Source of the DNA: Tieghemostelium lacteum
Taxonomy: Eukaryota
Direction: 5' to 3'
Assembly (NCBI GenBank): GCA_001606155.1
Contig: LODT01000035.1
Coordinates: 484,658 to 548,657 of the forward strand
DNA length: 64,000 bases
A program made the translations under genes and the position numbers. The notes beneath the pieces are model-generated. The model was not told the origin of the DNA. It saw only the letters and a program-made list of their open reading frames with translations, and made no database searches. Shown piece by piece: positions 24,371-32,830 of this stretch (positions within the stretch are counted from its first letter, which is position 1; each line of letters begins with the position of its first letter).

Positions 24371-24444
24371 ATGTGTGAGTGTGTTTTGGTTTTGTTTTTT
24401 TTTTTTCCTCCTCTGTGGGCAGTGGGTGAGTGGGGTGGGGGATT
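24371..24444. promoter_or_regulatory. GT-rich / G-run element (tgtgtgagtgtgttttgg ... gggcagtgggtgagtggggtggggg) in the divergent CTDSP / Vps72 promoter region. Candidate G-box (GBF-type) site or G-quadruplex.
   Basis: Four G3-5 runs within 25 nt in an otherwise 85% A/T intergenic region. Confidence 0.3.
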
Positions 24445-25374
24445 AATAACTTTCATAACTGTCTTGACACAGATATAAAATGTTTTTAGTTGATTTTTGA
24501 TGTTAATAAATAGATAGCACCCAACCTCGCTAGAAAGTACCCAAAAATATAACACGTATTTTTGTTGATAGTAATTGTGTTCAGTGGGGAGGGTGGGTTT
24601 CTCTCAATAAAACTGAAATTGAATTGAAATCATTAAAATTAAATGAAGTTTTTGAATTGGTTGATATTATTGTTGTTGTTGAATAGTGATAGTGTTTTTT
24701 TAAATAAAAAAAAAAAAGAGTAGTTGGAGATGTACACATGAATCACTCTCCACTAGTACTATAAGTGTTTAGCTGATTTTGATTAATGTTTTAAATTTAT
24801 CAAAAATATATATGTTCAACGATAATGTGTACCCTTTGATGATGTATTATCTGAATAAAATAAATTATAAAATTAAGATACTTTACATTGTGTGTGGATT
24901 GGTGTTGTATAGTTAAGTGATCTTTTTGATATTGCCACTGATTGTTGTATTATTACAATTTTTTTAAAAATAGATTTTGTTTGTGTGTTAAAACTCTGTG
25001 ATTCTTTTACAGAGTAAGAAGCTAAATATAAATTAGAAATCTACTGGTTGTAAAACCAATGAATAAAATACACTCCTACAACTTAGTATAATCAACAAAA
25101 AAAAAAAAAAAAAAAAGGATATAAATAAAAAAAATTTTATAAAAAAAAAAAAAAAATTTTTTTTGATTATTTTTGATTTTTTTTTTGATCAACGGCTGAT
25201 CAATTGTATAAACACTCAAACTTAAATCTGATATTTTTTTAAAAGATACAAGTGATTCTCGATCTTTGTATAAAGATACTCAAAAAAGAAATAAAGTTAA
25301 AATTTTTAATTTTTTACCATTTTTATTTTTTTTAGTTTTTTGGAGGGAAACTTGATTTGTTTGTGTTCACAGAG

Positions 25375-26670
25375 ATGAAAGCTGGAACTAGAACTAGGAG
25401 ATCTACAGCTCTTACTGCAAAAGAATATATTCAAGAGGAAATCGTTATAGATGATGGAAATGAGGATGAAAATGAAAAAGACGAGGTAAATGATATAGAC
25501 GAAGAAGAAGATGACAGCCAAGATTCTGATCAAGACAGACCTAAAAAGAAATTTAAAGCATTTACTAATCAACAACTAAAGTCAATACCAAAAAAACAAC
25601 CAAGTAAAAAGAATAATAAAACAACTAATATAGATAGCGACGAAAAAGATGCTAGTAGTGGTAATAAAAGAAAGAGAAAAGATTCACCATCATCACCAAC
25701 ATCAGAACCAACATCACCAACTATTACAACAAGAAGAACTCTAAAAACCAATAATAACAATAATAAAACTACCAATTTAGATAGTATAAAAACCAAAACC
25801 CAAACAACTAAAAACACACCTTCAAAAACACCCCCACTACCACTAGCAACTAAATTAAATTCAAGTAATGGTAAAATTTCACCTAACAATTCAACACCAT
25901 CCAATTCAAATTCCTCTTCTAGTGTTACTTCACCATTGTTATCATCAACATCATCACCATTGAGCAATACCACAGTAGTACCACCAAAACCAACACTATC
26001 ACCAATACTACCCACAACAAGTATTTTAAAGAAACCAATGATTCAGATTGATTTGAAACTTCAAACAAAATTAATTGAAGAAACGAAGTTAACTGAGATT
26101 TTAAATAGAGAATCACTAAGTCAAAGAATAGAAAAACAAGAGGAACTTGACAGACTCTCAATGATAAAGAAAAAGTTAAATAGAATTACAGGACCTCGAA
26201 TAATATTTAGTTCCAATTCCAATTCAACTTGCATTACATTTTCTGAACCTATACAACAACAACAACTACTACAAATATCGGAATATTTTCAAGTGGCATC
26301 AGATGAATTTAAAAGGTCATCGCCATTGAGCACCCAACAACATTGTATCATTACTGGAGAGAAAGCAAAATATATTGATCCAAAGTCAAAACTACCTTTT
26401 GCCTCTTTGGAAGCTTATAGGCAATTAAGAGAAAAAGATAAAGATAAACAACAACTACAATCCCCTCCTGATCTCTCTTTACGTGATAGTTCAGTTATAA
26501 ATACAAACAGTGATAATAATAATAATAATAATTATAGTATTGAAAGTAAAAAGAAATATATTAATACCATTCATGGTAGTTTAAATCTTTCAACAAGTAA
26601 AAATAATTTAATTTCAAAAAAGAAGAAATCTATTCCTAATATATCAACTTCATATCTGTTAAATAAATAA
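25375..26670 (+). CDS. Vps72 / YL1 (SWR1-complex Swc2-like) homolog, 431 aa
   Basis: N-terminal MKAGTRTRRSTALTAKEY plus acidic stretch, as in YL1. Mid segment ETKLTEILNRESLSQRIEKQEELDRLSMIKKKLNRITGPRIIFSS matches human VPS72 EAKITEELNLRSLETYERLEADKKKQVHKKRKCPGPIITYHS. C-terminal HCIITGEKAKYIDPKSKLPFASLEAYRQLR is the YL1_C motif. ATG at 25375. Confidence 0.7.
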   Translation: MKAGTRTRRSTALTAKEYIQEEIVIDDGNEDENEKDEVNDIDEEEDDSQDSDQDRPKKKFKAFTNQQLKSIPKKQPSKKNNKTTNIDSDEKDASSGNKRKRKDSPSSPTSEPTSPTITTRRTLKTNNNNNKTTNLDSIKTKTQTTKNTPSKTPPLPLATKLNSSNGKISPNNSTPSNSNSSSSVTSPLLSSTSSPLSNTTVVPPKPTLSPILPTTSILKKPMIQIDLKLQTKLIEETKLTEILNRESLSQRIEKQEELDRLSMIKKKLNRITGPRIIFSSNSNSTCITFSEPIQQQQLLQISEYFQVASDEFKRSSPLSTQQHCIITGEKAKYIDPKSKLPFASLEAYRQLREKDKDKQQLQSPPDLSLRDSSVINTNSDNNNNNNYSIESKKKYINTIHGSLNLSTSKNNLISKKKKSIPNISTSYLLNK

Positions 26671-27762
26671 TTAAAAATAGATTATTGTGATAAAAAATAA
26701 TGTAAAAAACGACAAATGCTACAACAAGAAATAATATCCAACTAACATCACCTACAACCAATAACAGTTAAAATGACACGAATTGGTTAAACAGTCATTT
26801 ATATCTACCTTCATTATATCGCCATTATAACGAATCTACCGGATTGGAACCTACTCTATAAGAACCACAATTATTTAGATCATTAGTTGCTGGAAGAAAT
26901 ATTGTGGGACATGATCCAATACATAATCCAGTTGTTGTTGATGCAGGAAGATGTACAATATCAAACATACATTCAAACAGAGTATGCAGTATTAATTCAA
27001 GTAATCAACCATTTCAAGTGATGACTCATACATATACTTTTCAAACATCATAAATAAATGCAATGAAAACTATTTCCTTATCCATGTTGATGATACTTTG
27101 TTTATAAAGTATTTCTGCCGCCTAATCTTCCACAATCTCATCTAATTCTCCGAACAATACAATAGAAGATAATCTTTAAGTTATACCATTTTTGCATAAC
27201 TCTTTTTATTATTCATGTGTATAACCTAATTTGAAAAGTGGGTAATATTATAATCATAATTTATATAAAAATTTGAATTTATTTTTTATATAAAATTAAT
27301 TATTTATGATTTCTTATTGATTACTGCTTTCAGTAAGATTTCATCATTTAAATTATCAATTCTAGAACTTTCTTTAAAAATTATGAATATGGAGCTATCA
27401 ATTTGAATCACTAGGCACCTGATCCATAAATTAAATTCCCATTGTCACCATCACTGGAACTCAATAACTCCGAGTTATTTATTGATAAAAATAATACTAA
27501 TAAGACTATTAAAAAATTTGAATAGATAATAGTAGAATAAAATATTAAATATTAGATGAATTTGAAGTAGAAGATGAAGGAATTATATGTACCCTATAAA
27601 CAATATAGGGAGTTAAAGGGAAAATAAATAGAATGTAAAAGAAAAATAAGAAATTAAGGATAATGTAATTATTACTTAAATTTTAGAAAATACTTATATC
27701 TAGGTGGGTGCTACTAATTTATTTTGCGTTTGATAGAAAGTTTTAGGTTAGGTAAATTGATA

Positions 27763-28571
27763 ATGGATGGAAATATTGTCACAGGATATTCTGAAGGTAT
27801 TATAACACTTCCAAAATATAAATCTGTAATCGGTGTTACATGAATATGGTCATCATATATTATCCTTCATATACAGCTCCAGAGGGTTAGATGGACAAAG
27901 TTTAGGAGGATCGCATGCATTTTGTACGATGGAAACTCCAGATTTAGCGTGGGATGAAGGATATGCAGAAATATTCGGCATTTTGATGTCCAAGGAGTTG
28001 AAGATTTTTGATAATGGAGAGGGTAAAATAATTGGAGGATACGTGGGAAAGGAAAGTTTGATATATCAAACTGATGAAGATATTGAGGATTATTTGATAG
28101 ATGAGAATGGAGAATTTGACGGAGTATATGCATTGGTAAGTTTGATGGATGGGATAACCGAGAAGGATGAATGTAGAATATTATGGATGTAATATACGAA
28201 ACATATATCAAGATGAAGGGAGGATTATTGCAATGCTCTACGATCTGTACGATTTACACAATGATGATAATACCAAATCTATCATACCACGAATTTTAGG
28301 TCAATTCGATACCGCTAAAAATAGAGAATCATTCGGAAAATCTAATCATGGTGACAATAATAAGGAGGATGTACTAAGCATCAAACAAATTCTATTCGAA
28401 ATTCCCATGAACGCCGAAAGTGTTGGATTATCAGGATATATGTTAGCGGCAGAAAATCTCTTCCCCGATAAAGCTCGACAAATCTGTTTGATATTTATCT
28501 ACAATTATGGAGGTTCATCATCGAGTAAATGTGATACTTATGAAGATCGTGTAAGTATATGCCTCCTATAG
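27763..28571 (+). pseudogene. Gluzincin (HEXXH...E) metallopeptidase-like gene remnant spread over three reading frames (27763..27840 f1; 27830..28192 f2; 28167..28571 f0)
   Basis: Frame 2 reads VLHEYGHHILSFIYSSRGLDGQSLGGSHAFCTMETPDLAWDEGYAEIFG. It carries the zinc-binding HEYGH plus a downstream Glu in an EGYAEIF context, as in thermolysin-like and M3-like gluzincins. Upstream frame 1 (MDGNIVTGYSEGIITLPKYKSVIGVT) and downstream frame 0 continue the ORF only after +1 frame shifts. The first two frames have no ATG. The sequence holds many CG-containing codons (tcg, gcg, acg, cgt, ccg) that are rare in neighbouring genes. Confidence 0.5.
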
Positions 28572-28595
28572 AAAATCCCGCTTTTTAAAAATGTT

Positions 28596-29402
28596 TCATC
28601 TGAAGAAATTGTCCATACTATTTCTATTCCTTTTATGCATTCTCACATACAATTTTTCTTCACTTATATATGATAATGAATTATCTTCTGATAAGATTAC
28701 ATATCGATGATCGTGGCATTCCAATTGATCATCTTTAAAAAGCATGACCCAAATTGTAGTATCTTTATCAATATCTATCTCAGTATCAAATTCTATTTCT
28801 GACATGAATTTCTTATATGTACATTTTAGATTTGTAGTCTCTAAGATTGTTTCCGGTCCCGGCATAATTTCTCCATATCCTTTTCTCACTTCCAATCTTA
28901 TATCATCTCCTAAATATCTCGAAAATATCTTCACATCTAAGGTGGAGGATATTCTATTCCCATTTACTGTACAATTATAATAGTTGGCCATGATAATTAA
29001 CTTAGAAACATTTATGGGACATCTTTCCATAATATCACGATTTGTAATCTTGTCGTATCTTCCTAATATGAAAGAATTATTGGTAAAGATTATATACTTT
29101 TCGTCACATATCCGAAAAGATCTTGATTGTATGTCACATATTTTTATGACAGTATCATACCATATTGTAGCTTCGAAGACTACTCTGATAACTTTTCTAT
29201 ATATAGCATTCTTCGTACGTATTCTCGAAATGAGAGTAGATTTACTAAATTCGATTCTTCTTCCTACTCTAACTTCTAAACATCGTTCCTCAATCTTTCT
29301 GAGAGATACTATCTCGATATCGAATGTTCCCTCAATATACATGCCCTCAATCTTAGTCAAAAATAAAGTATCTTCAGAAATAGAAGCTCTAAAATCGTCC
29401 AT
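28596..29402 (-). CDS. Unidentifiable 269-aa ORF convergent on the metallopeptidase remnant (MDDFRASISEDTLFLTKIEGMYIEGTFDIEIVSLRKIEERCLEVRVGRRIEF...)
   Basis: Uninterrupted ORF from the ATG at 29402. The listed ORF extension to 29645 is a minisatellite read-through. CpG-enriched (ccggtcccggc, tcgatatcgaatg, ttcgtacgt). No recognisable domain. Confidence 0.4.
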   Translation of the reverse strand: MDDFRASISEDTLFLTKIEGMYIEGTFDIEIVSLRKIEERCLEVRVGRRIEFSKSTLISRIRTKNAIYRKVIRVVFEATIWYDTVIKICDIQSRSFRICDEKYIIFTNNSFILGRYDKITNRDIMERCPINVSKLIIMANYYNCTVNGNRISSTLDVKIFSRYLGDDIRLEVRKGYGEIMPGPETILETTNLKCTYKKFMSEIEFDTEIDIDKDTTIWVMLFKDDQLECHDHRYVILSEDNSLSYISEEKLYVRMHKRNRNSMDNFFR

Positions 29403-29700
29403 TGATGAATAATGATAGATAAATATTGAATAATGATAGATAAATATGTGATAATGATATATAAATATTTTGAATAAAGATAAAGATTGATAAACAATGA
29501 TGTTCACTACAGATAAATATTTAAATAATGATAAAGTTGATGAATAATGATAATGATAGATTAATATTGAATAATGATAGATAAATATTAAATAATGATA
29601 AAGTTTGATGAATAATGATAAAGATTGATAAACAATGATGTTCACTACAGATAAATATTTAAATAATGATAAAGTTGATGAATAATGATAAAGATTGATA
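29403..29700. repeat. Minisatellite of degenerate 21-22 bp units (aataatgatagataaatattg) including a duplicated unit of about 75 bp (29479..29552 and 29617..29690)
   Basis: Direct visual repeat. It lies immediately 5' of the 269-aa minus-strand ORF. Confidence 0.85.
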
Positions 29701-30532
29701 AATTATATTTTTTTTTATTTTTTTTTAAAAAAAGACATTAATATTTTTTTTTCTACAATTCAAATTTGATGAGTATGATGAATATGATGAATATGATTAA
29801 TATTGATAAAAATTAGTAAATTTTAAAAAAAAAATATATTGATAAAAAATGAAAAATTATATGATATCACACCTAACCAAAATATAGACTCTTTAATTCA
29901 CTTATCCAAAATGAGTGTCTCACCAGCCCCATTTCTTAAAGATCTTTCTTTTAACCCATGGAAAATATTAATGCTCCTCAAACGTTTGCTCGAAAATGTT
30001 GGTTTGAGATGACAGGAAAAAGTGGGTGCATGTTTGATGAAATTTATTTGAGATGACGTGTGTTTGTTCGAAATATATCAGACTTCGATAAACAAACAAA
30101 CGTTCGAAAAAAAAAACAAAAGTAGGAGCATTTAGAAAATAACCCAATATCACAACAAAATCCAAACAATAATTGTAATTTATAGTGCTGATTAAAGATA
30201 ATGATTATATACATATAATGAAGTAAAGAATTAAAGAGTTGTAATGTAATTAAGATTGTATAATATATAAGATTATAGTTCCTATTAAAACATGTATTAG
30301 AATTGTTTAGTATTTATAGTTTTCTTAGAGATTATAGATATTCTATAAATGGAAGTACTATTACTAATTACTATTAGATTATAGTAAGCATAATTGTTTA
30401 CTTATATAGTAATCATCGATATAGTAATTCAATATATCACAATAACACCCTCCACTCCGGCCCTTATATACTGTCTTGGTAAAAAAGATGGTACATAACA
30501 ATGGTGCCAAAGATAAAAAAACAAGTTTTTTT

Positions 30533-30631
30533 CTGCATGTCAATGTGGTCATCCAAAAGACAATCATCCAGGACAAACACAAACCATATACTGTATAGAA
30601 TTGTCTTTTGGATGACCACATTGACATGTAG
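30533..30631. repeat. 99-bp palindromic element: 32-bp inverted repeat (ctgcatgtcaatgtggtcatccaaaagacaat / attgtcttttggatgaccacattgacatgtag, 31 of 32 complementary) around a 35-nt loop
   Basis: Read directly. It generates mirrored ORFs on both strands (MSMWSSKRQ...). Confidence 0.9.
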
Positions 30632-30810
30632 AAAATGTATTTACAGTAAATTTCTTTTTAAAATTTTAGTACTACTTTTTCTTTGATCCAACAGTTGTGC
30701 AGTATAATAATTATAATATTAAATAAACACCTTTTAATATTGTTACAATTTGTTAATTTTATTATAAATAGATACTATTATTGTTATTATTTTAATTTTC
30801 TTCTTCTTGA

Positions 30811-31974
30811 TTATTCTGTATTTTCATGTAATTCTACATCTTGTTCTTGTTGTTTTTCTTCTTCAGAGTGTTCATTAGCTTTTATATAATTATATTTTTG
30901 AATATAATAGTTTAAGATTAATTTTATAATTTGCTTATCTTGTGATTGACCTTTTAAGATTTCAGAGAAATTTTCTTGTGATATTGCTAGTTTTGTTTTA
31001 AATACAGTTGGTGTTATTATTGTTGTTAAATTATCTATACCTATTTTTGTGATTTCTATATTATCAGGTTGAAGTAACTCTGCATAAAATAGGAAAATGC
31101 TATCTAAAACATCATAAAATACAGGTGGTTGAATTGATTTTAATAGATTACTGAGAATAGGTTGTGTTTTTTCTGGATCTTCTATATCATTGTCATTATC
31201 AGTAGTTGTTATAGTAGATTCAGATTCAATTTGTGATAGCTGTTCAGAAATTTGTAAATGTACATTATCAGGTATCAGAGGTTCAGGTAATTCTCTAATC
31301 CATTTCTTTAACAATGATGCCCAAGTGTGAACCTCATATTGATTAATTTCATCACCATATGGATCAAATCCATTATTCGCTAATAATTCTACATCTTTAA
31401 TATTACCATTTATTCTAAAAATACCTTCAGTTTGAAACCCATTCATCTCTTTAATCCTATTCATCAAAAAATCTAAAATCATTGGTATTTTATCTCTATC
31501 TTCGTCATCCTCATCACCCTGTAATTTCATAATTTCCTCTAGAGATACACCAAACATTTTAATTTCTTCTTCTTCTTCTTCTTCTTCTTGTTCTTGTTCT
31601 TGTTCTTGTTCTTCATCTTCATCATCTTCTTCTTCCTCCTCTTTTTCTTGTTCATTTTCATTTTCTGATCCATCATTACCTTGATCACTTTGATCTTCCT
31701 CTTCCTCTTTTTCTTCTTCCTTTTCTTCCTCTTCAGTCTCTTTTTCACTATTGGTCTCTTTTTGACCTTTTTGATCATTTAATGGTGTTTCATTTTTAGA
31801 TTTATCTGTATCTACTGTAGTGAAAAATGATTGTTTTTTATTATCATTTTTATTGTTGTTATTATTATTATTATTATTTCCATCACTTTCATCAGAAGGT
31901 GATTGTGCCATGGAGGCCGCTGCTACATATAAAATGGAAATTAAACAAAACAAAAACACAGAGATTTTGTTCAT
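30811..31974 (-). CDS. RhoGAP domain protein with an N-terminal signal-peptide-like segment, poly-N and an extremely acidic (E/D) tract, 387 aa
   Basis: MNKISVFLFCLISILYVAAASMAQ... then the RhoGAP core GIFRINGNIKDVELL...WASLLKKWIRELPEPLIP...NLTTIITPTVF. The arginine finger lies in GIFRING. Start taken at the AAAATG at 31974. The listed ORF extends to 32046 via a non-ATG start. Confidence 0.75.
   Translation of the reverse strand: MNKISVFLFCLISILYVAAASMAQSPSDESDGNNNNNNNNNKNDNKKQSFFTTVDTDKSKNETPLNDQKGQKETNSEKETEEEEKEEEKEEEEDQSDQGNDGSENENEQEKEEEEEDDEDEEQEQEQEQEEEEEEEEIKMFGVSLEEIMKLQGDEDDEDRDKIPMILDFLMNRIKEMNGFQTEGIFRINGNIKDVELLANNGFDPYGDEINQYEVHTWASLLKKWIRELPEPLIPDNVHLQISEQLSQIESESTITTTDNDNDIEDPEKTQPILSNLLKSIQPPVFYDVLDSIFLFYAELLQPDNIEITKIGIDNLTTIITPTVFKTKLAISQENFSEILKGQSQDKQIIKLILNYYIQKYNYIKANEHSEEEKQQEQDVELHENTE
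31565..31650. repeat. (TTC)n/(CTT)n imperfect microsatellite encoding poly-Glu on the minus strand within the RhoGAP gene
   Basis: ttcttcttcttcttcttcttcttgttcttgttcttg... Confidence 0.9.
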
Positions 31975-32140
31975 TTTATAATAAATAAAAAATCCAAATT
32001 TAAAAAAAAAAAAATTAATCTCCACATTTTGCAAAAAAACTGTCAAATAAGCTTCATTTTAAATTTAGCTTGGGATGGGAAATATTAGTCGTAATAATTA
32101 GATTTTTTAATTTTTTTCTTTTCTTCAAAAGAATGATTGA

Positions 32141-32629
32141 TTGTGGACAATGTCAAAAACTCAAAGGATAATGTCAATTTTAATTAAAGAAATTAAATAT
32201 CAAGATGCCATTCCAATTAGAAAAGTTGTAATGTATCCTTTAGATAGTGATAATAGAAATGTTTGTTTAGAGGAAGATCCTAGTGGTACACATTTTGGAT
32301 TGTTTGTTAAAGAGAGTGGAGATAACAATAGTGAAAAGTTAGTTTCTATTGTGTCACTGTTCCTCTACAAGGATCCATTGAAAAGTAACTCAACTGTAGC
32401 TCAATTTAGAAAATTTGCAACTCTACAACAATACCAAAACCAAGGATATGGTAGTAAGCTACTTGATTATATGATTAAACATTCTCAAGAGAATTCTGTT
32501 GACTTGTTATGGTGTAATGCAAGAACCTCTGCACTAAGTATCTACTCAAAATTCTCTTTACAACCATGCGACAAACCTTACATTAAAAATAATATTGAAT
32601 TTGTAAGATTAGAAAGAAAACTTAAATAA
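32141..32629 (+). CDS. GNAT-family N-acetyltransferase, 162 aa
   Basis: Acetyl-CoA-binding motif region QFRKFATLQQYQNQGYGSKLLDYMIKHSQENSVDLLWCNAR (Q/RxxGxG/A pattern). Confidence 0.65.
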   Translation: MWTMSKTQRIMSILIKEIKYQDAIPIRKVVMYPLDSDNRNVCLEEDPSGTHFGLFVKESGDNNSEKLVSIVSLFLYKDPLKSNSTVAQFRKFATLQQYQNQGYGSKLLDYMIKHSQENSVDLLWCNARTSALSIYSKFSLQPCDKPYIKNNIEFVRLERKLK

Positions 32630-32830
32630 ATGAGTACCCCTAGTTTATTATTATTATAAAAACAATGTTGTATTTTATTTAAATTAATAAACAAAAAACT
32701 TACAAAAATTGTTGTTTTGTAATAATGTATATATCATGTATCGAAATCATCCTCAACATCGCTAACTTCATTAGGTTTTAAATTTTCACTTTTAAATCTT
32801 TTTGTACTATGAGAATTCACTTCAGTATCA

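Noticed and set aside
25186-25212. ttgatcaacggctgatcaattg with two TGATCA palindromes
   Set aside because: Imperfect dyad in a poly-A/T promoter region. Most likely chance.
25569-26161. Minus-strand ORFs 25569..26015 and 25925..26161
   Set aside because: Antisense to the Vps72/YL1 CDS. The Gly/Val/Leu-rich translation comes from poly-purine coding repeats.
28136-28176. Possible 41-nt GTAAGT...TGTAG intron joining metallopeptidase frames, and a 21-nt GTAAGT...TATAG at 28549
   Set aside because: Splicing either would not restore a continuous frame. Both are much shorter than the 57 nt or more seen for all other introns here. I treat the frame breaks as frameshifts.
29403-29645. N-terminal extension of ORF 28596..29645
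   Set aside because: The extension is translation of the minisatellite (YHY/IFI repeats). The first ATG with coding character is at 29402.
30379-30686. ORFs 30379..30627 (-) and 30501..30686 (+) encoding the same MSMWSSKRQ peptide
   Set aside because: Mirror-image products of the 32-bp inverted repeat. They are not genes.
31539-31778. Poly-Lys ORF (minus strand, other frame) inside the RhoGAP gene
   Set aside because: Frame-shifted reading of the (GAA)n poly-Glu coding repeat.
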